A program made the position numbers and the translations under genes. From an uncultured Desulfobacterales bacterium (GTDB taxonomy: Bacteria > Desulfobacterota > Dissulfuribacteria > Dissulfuribacterales > QOAL01), in the NCBI GenBank assembly GCA_964469365.1, contig CAYXYO010000207.1, positions 1 to 39,502 on the forward strand: a stretch of 39,502 nt of DNA. Reading direction: 5' to 3'. Below the pieces are notes generated by a model. It made no database searches. It was not told where the DNA came from and worked only from the letters and a program-made list of their open reading frames with translations. The first letter of the stretch is position 1. Each line of letters opens with the position of its first letter. This document shows, piece by piece, positions 1 through 9,027 of the stretch.

Positions 1-93
1 GCCATGGAAATGATGCAGCAGGAGAGCAAGAGGCAGAGAGTCAAGATGCACAACCTTGCTGTGGCGATAATAGAGTCATATAAAAATCTGTAG
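1..93 (+). CDS. 3' end of an unidentified CDS entering from upstream of the window
   Basis: Frame 1 is open from base 1 (AMEMMQQESKRQRVKMHNLAVAIIESYKNL) and stops at TAG 91-93. It is too short to assign a family. Convergent with pyrD. Confidence 0.25.
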   Translation, partial: AMEMMQQESKRQRVKMHNLAVAIIESYKNL

Positions 94-125
94 GGTGCCT
101 TGCAGCCCGTTTCGACCATTACATA

Positions 126-1034
126 TCATGTTCTTTGGATATGTAACTCTTCAATCCCCTTTATACCCTGTTCTTCCATGAATCTTTCCAGACCGTTTAC
201 AATCTGAATGGCTGCATCAGGCGTGGCAAGGGTGGCTGTGCCGATCTGCACGGCAGATGCGCCTGCCATGAAAAATTCCACGGCATCTCTCCATGTTGAT
301 ATTCCGCCTATTCCAATTACCGGTATTTCAACCACTTCTGCCACCTGCCACACCATTCTCAGGGCAATTGGTTTTATGGCTGGTCCGGAAAGTCCGCCAA
401 AAATATTGGCGAGCACAGGGCGTCTTTTGTCAATGTCTATGGCCATGCCAAGCAGGGTGTTTATCAGGGAAACCGCGTCAGCTCCGGCCTTCTCCACTGC
501 CAGGGCAATGGATGTGATGTCAGTTACATTGGGTGAAAGTTTTACAATGACAGGCAGGTCTGTTTCCTTTTTTACGGCCCTGGTCACCTCGGCAGCGCTT
601 TCAGGCAGGGCCCCGAAGGCAATGCCTCCGGCCTTTACGTTGGGGCAGGAGATGTTGACTTCTATGGCGTCAATGTACCCGGGAAGATTCAGGAGCGCGG
701 CCAGTCTGCCGTACTCTTCCGGAGAATTTCCAAGGATATTGACCACAATGGCAGTGTCAAGTGTTTTCAGAAGCGGCAGTCGGTGTTCAATGAAATATTC
801 CACACCGGGATTTTCCAGTCCTATGGAATTGAGCAGTCCGCATGCTGTTTCCACAATACGGGGTGGCGGATTGCCTTCTCTCGGTTCAAGGGAGATGCCC
901 TTGACCACAATGCCGCCAAGCAGTGAAAGGTCTGCAAGGTCTGAAAGTTCCACGCCATAGCCGCAGGTGCCTGAGGCAAGCAGCACCGGATTGCGTAGCC
1001 TGAGAGCATCTGTGCCGGTTTTTCTTTTTCTCAT
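126..1034 (-). CDS. pyrD: Dihydroorotate dehydrogenase, class 1B catalytic subunit
   Basis: The ORF has typical PyrD-1B blocks: NPVLLASGTCGYG, GGIVVKGISLEPREGNPPPR, NSIGLENPG, NISCPNV, GGLSGPAIKPIALRMV, IGIGGI. I prefer the ATG at 1034, which forms an ATGA overlap with the pyrK stop, over the GTG at 1049 used by the ORF track. Confidence 0.9.
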   Translation of the reverse strand: MRKRKTGTDALRLRNPVLLASGTCGYGVELSDLADLSLLGGIVVKGISLEPREGNPPPRIVETACGLLNSIGLENPGVEYFIEHRLPLLKTLDTAIVVNILGNSPEEYGRLAALLNLPGYIDAIEVNISCPNVKAGGIAFGALPESAAEVTRAVKKETDLPVIVKLSPNVTDITSIALAVEKAGADAVSLINTLLGMAIDIDKRRPVLANIFGGLSGPAIKPIALRMVWQVAEVVEIPVIGIGGISTWRDAVEFFMAGASAVQIGTATLATPDAAIQIVNGLERFMEEQGIKGIEELHIQRT

Positions 1035-1831
1035 GCCGGTTGCTCCCACAGGATTTTTTTACTGTTGGTTACAGGTCCATCCTTGCAGACATGAAAATAT
1101 CCTCCGGATGAGGCAGGCACGGCGCATCCGAGACAGAGTCCGGCTCCGCATGCCATGTGCGATTCCATGGAGACCAGACAGTCGGTTTTGTATCGTATGG
1201 CAATGTCATGCACGGCATGCATCATGGGCCACGGGCCGCATGAGACAATCACCGTGTCTGAGGCGAGGTCAGCATCTTTGTCTTCCAGGAGTTTTTCAAG
1301 GGGTTCTGTAACCACTCCTGTCATGCCGGATGAGCCGTCCTCGGTGATGATGATGGCGTCAGGCGCAAGCTCCCTGAAGCGGTTGGCAGCCGGGATGTCA
1401 ACCAGGCGTCTTCCGCCAAGAAACACGGTAATTTTACATGACATGGCACGCAGGGTCCGGGCCAGAAAAAAGAGTGGAGCGACCCCCAGGCCACCGCCAG
1501 CCATTATGACATGTTTGCCGGAAGCAACCTGAAAGGATGTTCCGAGGGGGCCAAGGACCTTGATTTTATCGCCATTTTTCAGGGAGGCGAGAAGGGCCGT
1601 GCCCCTGCCCGCTATTTTATACAGAAACAGCACATTGTTGTCCCGGACATCATGAATGGAAAGTGGGCGGCGCAGCAAGGGATCAGATGTGTTTTCCAAT
1701 ATCCTGAGCATACAGAACTGGCCGGGACGCGCGTCCCGGGCAATGTCCGGCGCATTTACCACAAGCTCCATTATATCGTTTCCCGTTTTTTTATGGGAGA
1801 CTATGGAGAACTTTCCGTCAATCCGGCTCAT
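1031..1831 (-). CDS. pyrK: Dihydroorotate dehydrogenase electron-transfer subunit (FAD / 2Fe-2S)
   Basis: Ferredoxin-reductase-like fold motifs are present (RRPLSI, GGGLGVAP). The C-terminal Cys cluster CGAGLCLGCAV...HVCKDGP is typical of PyrK. It lies directly upstream of pyrD and its start overlaps the upstream stop as ATGA. Confidence 0.85.
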   Translation of the reverse strand: MSRIDGKFSIVSHKKTGNDIMELVVNAPDIARDARPGQFCMLRILENTSDPLLRRPLSIHDVRDNNVLFLYKIAGRGTALLASLKNGDKIKVLGPLGTSFQVASGKHVIMAGGGLGVAPLFFLARTLRAMSCKITVFLGGRRLVDIPAANRFRELAPDAIIITEDGSSGMTGVVTEPLEKLLEDKDADLASDTVIVSCGPWPMMHAVHDIAIRYKTDCLVSMESHMACGAGLCLGCAVPASSGGYFHVCKDGPVTNSKKILWEQPA

Positions 1832-2688
1832 AATGATCCTGTGGCCAGCGCCAGGGCCGTGGCCGCAAACAGAATTACGCTTATGGCGCCGTTCAGTTTG
1901 AAAAACGCAAGATCCATGCGTGACAGGTCGTCAGGCGTCAATATCCTGCGTTGCCAGACAAGGATGATGGATGTCGCTGCGATTCCCGTGAAATATATCC
2001 AGTTGAGTTCAGCCTTGATACCTGCATAAAAAAAGAATCCAAAGGCCAGGACGTGAAATATGGCAGAGACCCTGAACGCGCCTGCAACGCCTATGGCGGC
2101 CGGGATGGAGTGAAGACCGAACCTGCGGTCAAATTCCCGGTCCTGACATGCGTAGAGTATGTCAAATCCGGCCACCCAGAACATTACTCCGGCGCTGAGC
2201 AGAAGTGGCGTTGCCGCTATGGAGTCCCGCACGGCAATCCACCCGGCTGACGGCGCGATGCCAATGGCAAGCCCGAGGAAAAGATGACATATTGCCGTGA
2301 ACCTTTTGGTATATGAATACATTACGATAACAAACAGGACCAGTGGAGAAAGTTTGAGGGCAAGGGGCGTCAGCATAAAGGACGCGAAAAAATAGATGGC
2401 TCCTGCCAGCAGCACCATGGTCCAGGCGCCCCGCATGGATACTTCCCCTGTCACAAGGGCGCGGTTGCTTGTTCTGGGGTTTGCCGCGTCAAACCTGACA
2501 TCCGCTATACGGTTTATTCCCATGGCAACGGTTCTTCCGCCCACCATGGCCAGCAGAATCCACAGGGAAGGCAGCCAGCCCGGAAAACCGCCCGCGCCCA
2601 GAAATGCCCCTGTGAAGGCAAAAGGCAGGGCAAAAACCGTATGTTCAAACTTGATCATCTCAAGCAGTTTTCTGGTTTCGGATATCAT
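1828..2688 (-). CDS. UbiA-family aromatic prenyltransferase (4-hydroxybenzoate polyprenyltransferase-like, possibly the menaquinone MqnP type)
   Basis: Polytopic membrane protein with the UbiA signature NRIADVRFDAANPRTSNRALVTGEVS and a second Asp-rich block (YACQDREFDRRFGLHSIP). The exact substrate cannot be told from sequence alone. Confidence 0.8.
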   Translation of the reverse strand: MISETRKLLEMIKFEHTVFALPFAFTGAFLGAGGFPGWLPSLWILLAMVGGRTVAMGINRIADVRFDAANPRTSNRALVTGEVSMRGAWTMVLLAGAIYFFASFMLTPLALKLSPLVLFVIVMYSYTKRFTAICHLFLGLAIGIAPSAGWIAVRDSIAATPLLLSAGVMFWVAGFDILYACQDREFDRRFGLHSIPAAIGVAGAFRVSAIFHVLAFGFFFYAGIKAELNWIYFTGIAATSIILVWQRRILTPDDLSRMDLAFFKLNGAISVILFAATALALATGSL

Positions 2689-2708
2689 TGTAAATTATGC
2701 CGCCCGCG

Positions 2709-3890
2709 TTAATGGAATCTTATAACCCTGGTCCTGAGAACGTCTTCATTCCTGTTTATCTCCCCTAACGCATGGTCCGCGACAGGGGCATCGCAGTCTA
2801 TGATGTTGTAGCCAACCGTGCCGTTACTTTCATTTACAAAACTCATTATGTTAATGTTGTGTCTCCCCAGAATGTTTGTAACCAGCCCTATCATGCCGGG
2901 ACGATCCCTGTTTATTACAACAAGCCGGTTTCTGACCTTTACTGTGGGAATTGACTCCACATTGGGAAAGTTTACGCTGTGGGTTATGTTTCCATATTCA
3001 AGATAGGATTTCAGCCCCTTTACGGCCATGCATGCGCACTTGTCCTCTGACTCTTCAGTGGACGCCCCGAGGTGCGGGGTTATGAGGATCCTGTCATTGC
3101 CCAGGATGCTCTTTGACGGAAAATCAGTAATATGTCCAGACAGCTTGCCGGACTCAAGGGCGCGAAGCACTGCTTCATTGTCAACAACAGGCCCCCTGGC
3201 ATAGTTTATGAGCAGGCCCCCTTTCTTCATGGCCCCAAGGAAGTCATCGGATACCAGCTTTTCAGTATTTTTGTTAAGAGGCACGTGTATGGAAACATAA
3301 TCAGCCTGTTCAAGCACCTCTTTTCTTGAACGCGCAAGTTTTACATCAGGAGAAAGGTCGTGTATGTTGTCCATTAGCGGAAAGGGGTCAAATCCAATGA
3401 CCCGCATCCTGTGGTGCACCCCGGAATTGGCTACCTGAACGCCTATTTTGCCCAAGCCGATTACCCCAAGGGTTTTGCCTGCCATCTCCTGACCCTTGAA
3501 TCTCTTTTTTCTTTCTTCTACCGCCTTGTCCAGCTCTGTGCCGGAAAGGGAGGAGAGGGTGGAACAGAAGTCAAGCCCCCTGTTCACATTGCGTATCCAG
3601 ATGCCAAGCATTGTAAACACCAGTTCCACAACCGCGTTGGCATTGGCTCCAGGGGTGTTGAGCACGCATATCCCCCGTTCCGTTGCCTCATCCACAGGTA
3701 TGTTGTTTACCCCGGCCCCGGCCCTTGATATTGCGAGGAGTTCTGGAAATTCGTCAAGGGACAGGGGCGAGCTTCGTATTATTATGCCGTCAGGAGCTTT
3801 TTCATCAGGGTCGACATGATATCTTTCATCCAGAAGGGCGAGGCCTTCTTGGGCTATGGCGTTTATTGTTTTGATGTTGAACTTCCGCAT
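2709..3890 (-). CDS. serA: D-3-phosphoglycerate dehydrogenase with C-terminal ACT domain
   Basis: 2-hydroxyacid dehydrogenase blocks are present: GVIGLGKIGVQVA (NAD site), HVPL, LINYARG, TPHLGAST. A C-terminal ACT-like segment follows (RLVVINRDRPGMIGLVTNILGRHNINI). Confidence 0.85.
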   Translation of the reverse strand: MRKFNIKTINAIAQEGLALLDERYHVDPDEKAPDGIIIRSSPLSLDEFPELLAISRAGAGVNNIPVDEATERGICVLNTPGANANAVVELVFTMLGIWIRNVNRGLDFCSTLSSLSGTELDKAVEERKKRFKGQEMAGKTLGVIGLGKIGVQVANSGVHHRMRVIGFDPFPLMDNIHDLSPDVKLARSRKEVLEQADYVSIHVPLNKNTEKLVSDDFLGAMKKGGLLINYARGPVVDNEAVLRALESGKLSGHITDFPSKSILGNDRILITPHLGASTEESEDKCACMAVKGLKSYLEYGNITHSVNFPNVESIPTVKVRNRLVVINRDRPGMIGLVTNILGRHNINIMSFVNESNGTVGYNIIDCDAPVADHALGEINRNEDVLRTRVIRFH

Positions 3891-3991
3891 GATTGTCTGC
3901 TATACTTTTTCAATAATGTTTGTTGCCGCATGGCAATTTCCATTGCAATCGTTCGTTACGTCCCGGCTTCCCGGTATACAGATTGGATTCA

Positions 3992-4124
3992 GGGACACCT
4001 GATCATTTTTGTTACAACATATCTGTTCAGATGGTATTAATCAACTTTGTGTAATGAATTTTCAGATGTTTTTGTTCTGTTGCTCCTTGCCCTGAGCTAA
4101 ACATCTTGATTTTTCAAGGCGTCC
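3992..4124 (+). repeat. Intergenic imperfect-palindrome repeat, family copy E
   Basis: The 3' half TTGTTCTGTTGCTCCTTGCCCTGAGCTAAACATCTTGATTTTTCAAGGCGTCC aligns with copies at 15846-15989 and 12116-12274. The 5' end CAGGGACACCTGATCATTTTTG resembles the family 5' arm. The copy ends 3 nt before the ATG at 4128. Confidence 0.5.
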
Positions 4125-4127
4125 TTA

Positions 4128-7070
4128 ATGGTTAGGAAAAAGTATTTTGACATTGTCAAGGTCAGTCTGACAGGGCGGATCGTGCTTATAGCCCTTCTGG
4201 CATCAGGGGCGGGTACGTGCCTGTTCGGTTGTCTCCATTATATGCTCGTATCTGACACATTGAGGGCCGAGGCATTGAAGCATATTGAAGCCAGTGTAAG
4301 GTTGTATGCCGTGGAGCTTGAGGATGATCTGGACACCCTTGTTAAAGATACGGCCTCGGCAGCCTGGATGTTATCCGAGTTTTCAGATAATGCGTCCGCT
4401 TTATCATTCCCTTATGACAATGGTGGAAGGTTAAGGAAGGCTCTTGAACATTTGATATGGTCAAACAGCAACTATATATCGCTTCATTGTGTAAGGCAGG
4501 GGAAGAAAGGTCTTGAGACGTTGTATGTTATTTCCCGGGATAAGAATGTGGAAGTCTCAGAGCAGTTTCTCAAGATGTCGGCAGGTTTTATCTACAGCAA
4601 CATGGCGTCTGTTCATGATGGCGAGGTGGTGGTCGGCAGTATCGGTCTCAGGGAGATAAAAGGCGTTACCATGCCAGTAACAGAGGCGATGACTTCCTTG
4701 CGTGCAGGTTCAATGGAGAAGATATTTGTTGGTATTACAATGGGAATAGATTGCAGTACGATCCCTGTTTGCAGCATATCAGGAGATAGCATGCAATTCA
4801 TAGTGTCAGATGGTCGTGATGTCAGGTTGATGACCTGGAGTGGCGCTCCCATTCAAACTCCTGGGCAGGCAGATGGTAATTCCCGTAAGATTGAGGCGTT
4901 TCTCAGGGATGGTGACAGGGAGGGAATAACTTTTTATTTCCCGGAACAGGTAGTCTCTTTCAGAAAGGTTTATTCCGGGACGGGGAACAAGAATCTTATG
5001 GTTGTGGGCGCAAGGTCGTCCTTGCGTATCCTGCAAAAAAAGCTTGGCGATTTAAGGCTCAAGGAGGTGTTATATATTGTCTTTACCCTGTGTATGGTAT
5101 GTGTAACTGTATTTGTGGCCACAAGGTTTTCGCTTCGTCCAGTCAAAAAACTTACAGAAGCGGCGAGACGTATAAGTGAGGGAGATGAAAGCGTTACCAT
5201 AGAGGCAGGGGGTAGTGATGAGATCGCCAGACTTGCTGAGGCCATAAAGATCATGCTTCAGCACATGATACGCACCAGAAGCCAGTACCATTTTCTTGTG
5301 GAATCTCTTGATGATCAGGTGAAGGCCAGGACCAGGGAACTGGAGGCCATGAACCTTGCGCTTGAAAAGGAGATAGAAGAGAAACGAAATGCCGAAAGAT
5401 CTCTTTTCCTTGCAGGCAAGATTGTGGAAAATACCCGTGAAGCTGTAATGATAACAGACGCAAACGGGATAATTCTGGAGGTGAACAAGGCCTTTTCAAG
5501 GATTACTGGCTACAGTCCATATGAAGTGATTGGCAGAAAACCTGATATCCTCAAGTCAGGAAAACAGAACAGGGAGTTTTACACCCGGCTATGGAAGAAG
5601 CTGAGAAGCACGGGACACTGGCAGGGTGAGATGTGGAACAGACGGAAAAACGGCGAACTGTATCCTGTCTGGAATTCCATCAGCGTTGTTTATGGCGACG
5701 AAGGCATGATAAGTAATTTTGTTTCCATTCATTCGGATATCACTGTGCTCAAGGAGACTGAAAGACGGCTTGAGCAGCTTGCCCATTATGATCCCTTGAC
5801 CGGTCTGCCAAACCGTACACTTTTACAGGACAGACTGAAGCAGTTGATACTGTTGTCTGAAAGGAATAATAAAAAGACAGCGGTTATTGTCCTTGATCTT
5901 GACGGGTTCAAAGAGATCAATGATACCATGGGACATGACAAGGGAGACGAAATCCTGATACAGGTTGCCGCCAGGTTGAAGGAGTGCGTCAGAAAGAGTG
6001 ATACCGTTGCCAGGCTCGGAGGCGATGAATTTGTGGTGGTGTTACCCAACATAAATTCCTTTGATAACCTGATATGGGTTGCCCAGAATATCATTGATGC
6101 CATGAATGATCCTTTTTATCTTGAAGACAAGAAGTTCCTTGTAACAGCCAGCCTGGGAATAGCTCTTTATCCAGATGATGGTAAAAGCGGCCAGACGGTT
6201 ATGAAAAATGCCGATGCCGCCATGTATGCCTCCAAGGAGAGTGGCAAGAATACTTTCCGGTTTTTCAAGGAAAGCATGCTTGACAAATCCATTTACAAGC
6301 TTTTTCGGGCAAGTGAGATCAGGGAAGCAATAGAACGTGGTGAATTTATTCTGCATTTTCAGCCGAGGTTCTGGACTGGCACGAGAAAGATACATAGCGC
6401 AGAGGCCCTTGTGCGGTGGGAACATCCGGAAAGAGGATTGATCTATCCCGGTGACTTTATTCCTCTGGCAGAGGAGACAGGGTTGATTACCAGGATAGAC
6501 AGATGGGTGTTGCAGGAGGCTTGCAGTAAAAACAGGGAACTGCAGGAAGCAACGGGAAGAAGTCTAGTCTTTTCCATTAACCTTTCAGCCAAGGATTTTG
6601 CCCAGCATAATCTCATTGATATTATAAATCGTTGTATTATGGATTCGGGTATTGCTCCTGCCTTGCTGGAGGTGGAAATCACCGAGACAGTGATTATGGA
6701 GGATGTGCAGAGGTCCATAAAAACCCTTGAGCGTCTCAAGGAAACAGGCGTTACAATATCTGTGGATGACTTTGGAACCGGTTACTCCTCACTCAGTTAC
6801 CTGAAGATGTTTCCCATAGATCTCCTCAAGATAGACAGATCCTTTGTGACAGGTCTGCCTGATGACCGTAATGATATGGCTGTTGTAGAGGCAATTATAG
6901 CCATGGGGCACGCTTTGGGCATGTCTGTTCTCGCAGAAGGGGTGGAAACTTCTGAACAGTTTGATTTTCTTGCCCGGAAAGGCTGCGATTTTATGCAGGG
7001 CTATTACTTTGCCAGGCCGGTTCCCTTTGATGTGCTGGAAAAGATGCTGTTGGCTGAATACAGCGCGTGA
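4128..7070 (+). CDS. Membrane sensor protein: extracytoplasmic domain, HAMP, PAS, GGDEF and EAL (c-di-GMP turnover)
   Basis: Two TM segments flank a domain of about 280 aa. HAMP: RPVKKLTEAARRISEGD...DEIARLAEAIKIM. PAS: ITDANGIILEVNKAFSRITGYSPYEVIG. The GGDEF site is intact (RLGGDEFVV) with RKSD in the RxxD I-site position. EAL motifs are intact (EALVRWEHP, DDFGTGYSSLSYL, KIDRSF, EGVET). Confidence 0.9.
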   Translation: MVRKKYFDIVKVSLTGRIVLIALLASGAGTCLFGCLHYMLVSDTLRAEALKHIEASVRLYAVELEDDLDTLVKDTASAAWMLSEFSDNASALSFPYDNGGRLRKALEHLIWSNSNYISLHCVRQGKKGLETLYVISRDKNVEVSEQFLKMSAGFIYSNMASVHDGEVVVGSIGLREIKGVTMPVTEAMTSLRAGSMEKIFVGITMGIDCSTIPVCSISGDSMQFIVSDGRDVRLMTWSGAPIQTPGQADGNSRKIEAFLRDGDREGITFYFPEQVVSFRKVYSGTGNKNLMVVGARSSLRILQKKLGDLRLKEVLYIVFTLCMVCVTVFVATRFSLRPVKKLTEAARRISEGDESVTIEAGGSDEIARLAEAIKIMLQHMIRTRSQYHFLVESLDDQVKARTRELEAMNLALEKEIEEKRNAERSLFLAGKIVENTREAVMITDANGIILEVNKAFSRITGYSPYEVIGRKPDILKSGKQNREFYTRLWKKLRSTGHWQGEMWNRRKNGELYPVWNSISVVYGDEGMISNFVSIHSDITVLKETERRLEQLAHYDPLTGLPNRTLLQDRLKQLILLSERNNKKTAVIVLDLDGFKEINDTMGHDKGDEILIQVAARLKECVRKSDTVARLGGDEFVVVLPNINSFDNLIWVAQNIIDAMNDPFYLEDKKFLVTASLGIALYPDDGKSGQTVMKNADAAMYASKESGKNTFRFFKESMLDKSIYKLFRASEIREAIERGEFILHFQPRFWTGTRKIHSAEALVRWEHPERGLIYPGDFIPLAEETGLITRIDRWVLQEACSKNRELQEATGRSLVFSINLSAKDFAQHNLIDIINRCIMDSGIAPALLEVEITETVIMEDVQRSIKTLERLKETGVTISVDDFGTGYSSLSYLKMFPIDLLKIDRSFVTGLPDDRNDMAVVEAIIAMGHALGMSVLAEGVETSEQFDFLARKGCDFMQGYYFARPVPFDVLEKMLLAEYSA

Positions 7071-7298
7071 CCGGATGGGGGGCAGTCATTTTAAGTTCTC
7101 CTTCACCTGATTCAGGCTGAGTAATAACAAAAGCTTTTTTGATGTCGTGAACTTGTTCCAACAAAGAGGCAGTGCCTGTTCTGCACTCGGACATGGAACT
7201 GATCCGTCTTGGTCAATTCTAATCCTTGGCATAACAGGAGCGACCGGCCGGTCGCTACGGTCCGGTTTAACAGTCTTCCCCCGTGCCGTAACCATTGG

Positions 7299-7898
7299 CT
7301 ATTTCACATACTCCCTGACTCCCCTGAAGGTCTTGCGATGTATGGGGCATGGGCCAAGATGGGATATGGCCCTTTTATGCAGGGCCGTGCCATAGCCCTT
7401 GTGTCTGTCAAATCCGTAGCCAGGCCACTTTTTGCCATATTCGGCCATGATTCTGTCTCTGTGTTCCTTGGCGATAATGGATGCAGCGGCAATGGAAAGG
7501 GACCTGCTGTCTCCCCTGACAAGGCTTTTCTGGGGCAGACAATGGGGTATTGAGTGGTTTCCGTCAATAAGGAGCATGTCAGGACGCGGGTTCAACCTGT
7601 CAACGGCTTTTGCCATGGCTTTCATGGCTGCCTGAAGAATGTTGATACGGTCTATGGTGGCGGCGTCAATTCCGGCAACGGCCCATGAAAGGGCCTGTTC
7701 CTTTATGGCTGTCTCCAGAACCCTGCGTTTTTCAGGGGGAATCTTCTTGGAGTCGGTTACGCCTGGCACGTCAAATTCAGGCGGCAGTATCACGGCGGCT
7801 GCCACAACCGGCCCGGCAAGGCATCCCCTTCCAGCTTCGTCAATCCCTGCCACCAATGACATGCCACGCGCCATGAAGAGCCGTTCAAAACAAAGCAT
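7299..7898 (-). CDS. rnhB: Ribonuclease HII
   Basis: Contains GIDEAGRGCLAGPVVAAAV, the DSK block, LIDG and the SIAAASIIAK block. I prefer the ATG at 7898, which is preceded by AGGAG and a 6-nt spacer. The ORF-track GTG at 7976 would overlap the upstream channel gene. Confidence 0.9.
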   Translation of the reverse strand: MLCFERLFMARGMSLVAGIDEAGRGCLAGPVVAAAVILPPEFDVPGVTDSKKIPPEKRRVLETAIKEQALSWAVAGIDAATIDRINILQAAMKAMAKAVDRLNPRPDMLLIDGNHSIPHCLPQKSLVRGDSRSLSIAAASIIAKEHRDRIMAEYGKKWPGYGFDRHKGYGTALHKRAISHLGPCPIHRKTFRGVREYVK

Positions 7899-7963
7899 GT
7901 CAATCTCCTGTCCCGTATCAATGCCGGGTATGCTTTTCTGGGTGTGCATGAAAAGAGTGGCAG

Positions 7964-8989
7964 TCAGACAGGGCACTCCACAGGAGCCGAGGCCAGGTAT
8001 TTGATTACCGCCCCTTTTCGCACAGCATCATCTTTCAGGGGCGTAAAGTTGAATCTGGAGGCATCCGGATTGCGGAAACCTATGGCAGTGGCCCCGCATT
8101 CCAGCATGTGTGTCACGATTTCCCCCCATTTCCCGTCCCGTGTGGCTGTTGTATTGAACTGGTTTCCCCTGCGGCTGTTGGAGAAAATGGTCTCTGCGAA
8201 CTCTATTGCGCCCGGGTCCTGGAGTTCCTGCACCAGCTCCCCCGCCCTTGAGACTGATACCACAAGGTCGCAACCCGCAAAACGGAAAAGGAAATCATCA
8301 TCACGAACCTTTTCAACAACTGTCTGGGTGTCGGGATTAAGGCCCTCGCACATGATGGCAACCGAGGAGCTCAGTTCATCTGAAGATTCGTCAAAGGGGT
8401 CGTCTGCAAGTATCAGCACCCTGGCAGCCTGCCTTATGTTAGCCCTTTCCAGCACATCCTTTCTGGAAGCTATTCCCTTTATGAAAACAACATCCTCCTC
8501 ATTCATCCAGGCCGGCGCCTCTTCCAGCCTGTTGGTGATTACAACCACCGACGCCTCGGCAAACCTGCTGTCCTGCCTGAATTCTTTTACAATATCACGA
8601 ACCTTTGCCTCGTTTGGATAGCCGGCAATTATCAGATCCACGCCATGTCTTACCATGATATTTCCCCTTTTTTTTCTGTTCATGAAATCGAGCACGCCTG
8701 AAGTAACGTATCCTATGGCTGCTCCAAGCGCGGCTATTGAAACAAGCATGTAGATGATTGCGACCAGTTTGCCCAGCCTGGACGCCGGAGATATGTCTCC
8801 GTAACCTACTGTGGTGGCCGTTACAAAACTGAAATAAAGCGCTGAAAAGGGATCAAGCCCTTCGTGCCATATCATTACGGCATTCAATATGACCAGTGAA
8901 ACCGCGAAGAGCAGCAGGGCGAAGACAAATTCCCTGTGCTCATGTCGTATCTTCTTTATCCGTCGTAAAACAATTGACCATAAATACAT
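7964..8989 (-). CDS. 2-TM potassium channel with cytoplasmic RCK (TrkA-N-like) domain, MthK-like architecture
   Basis: The selectivity filter TATTVGYGD sits between two hydrophobic helices. The C-terminal region has a Rossmann-like RCK layout (DLIIAGYPNEAK...VVVITN...VLILADD). Confidence 0.85.
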   Translation of the reverse strand: MYLWSIVLRRIKKIRHEHREFVFALLLFAVSLVILNAVMIWHEGLDPFSALYFSFVTATTVGYGDISPASRLGKLVAIIYMLVSIAALGAAIGYVTSGVLDFMNRKKRGNIMVRHGVDLIIAGYPNEAKVRDIVKEFRQDSRFAEASVVVITNRLEEAPAWMNEEDVVFIKGIASRKDVLERANIRQAARVLILADDPFDESSDELSSSVAIMCEGLNPDTQTVVEKVRDDDFLFRFAGCDLVVSVSRAGELVQELQDPGAIEFAETIFSNSRRGNQFNTTATRDGKWGEIVTHMLECGATAIGFRNPDASRFNFTPLKDDAVRKGAVIKYLASAPVECPV

Positions 8990-9027
8990 CGTTGACCAGC
9001 CTTTATCCCATGCGAACGCTTCTCAGC

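Noticed and set aside
208-960. 250-aa + strand ORF overlapping pyrD
   Set aside because: It lies entirely antisense to a CDS with strong PyrD motifs. Its composition is low-complexity Ser/Ala/Thr-rich, typical of shadow frames, and it shows no recognisable motifs.
7086-7295. 69-aa minus-strand ORF downstream of rnhB, considered as a YraN/UPF0102 candidate
   Set aside because: It is too short and lacks the YraN pattern. The sequence looks like translated repeat or palindrome DNA. I kept the region as a non-coding curiosity.
7944-8621. 225-aa + strand ORF antisense to the K+ channel gene
   Set aside because: It is a shadow ORF opposite a CDS carrying the TVGYGD filter and an RCK domain. Its translation is Ser-rich and low-complexity.
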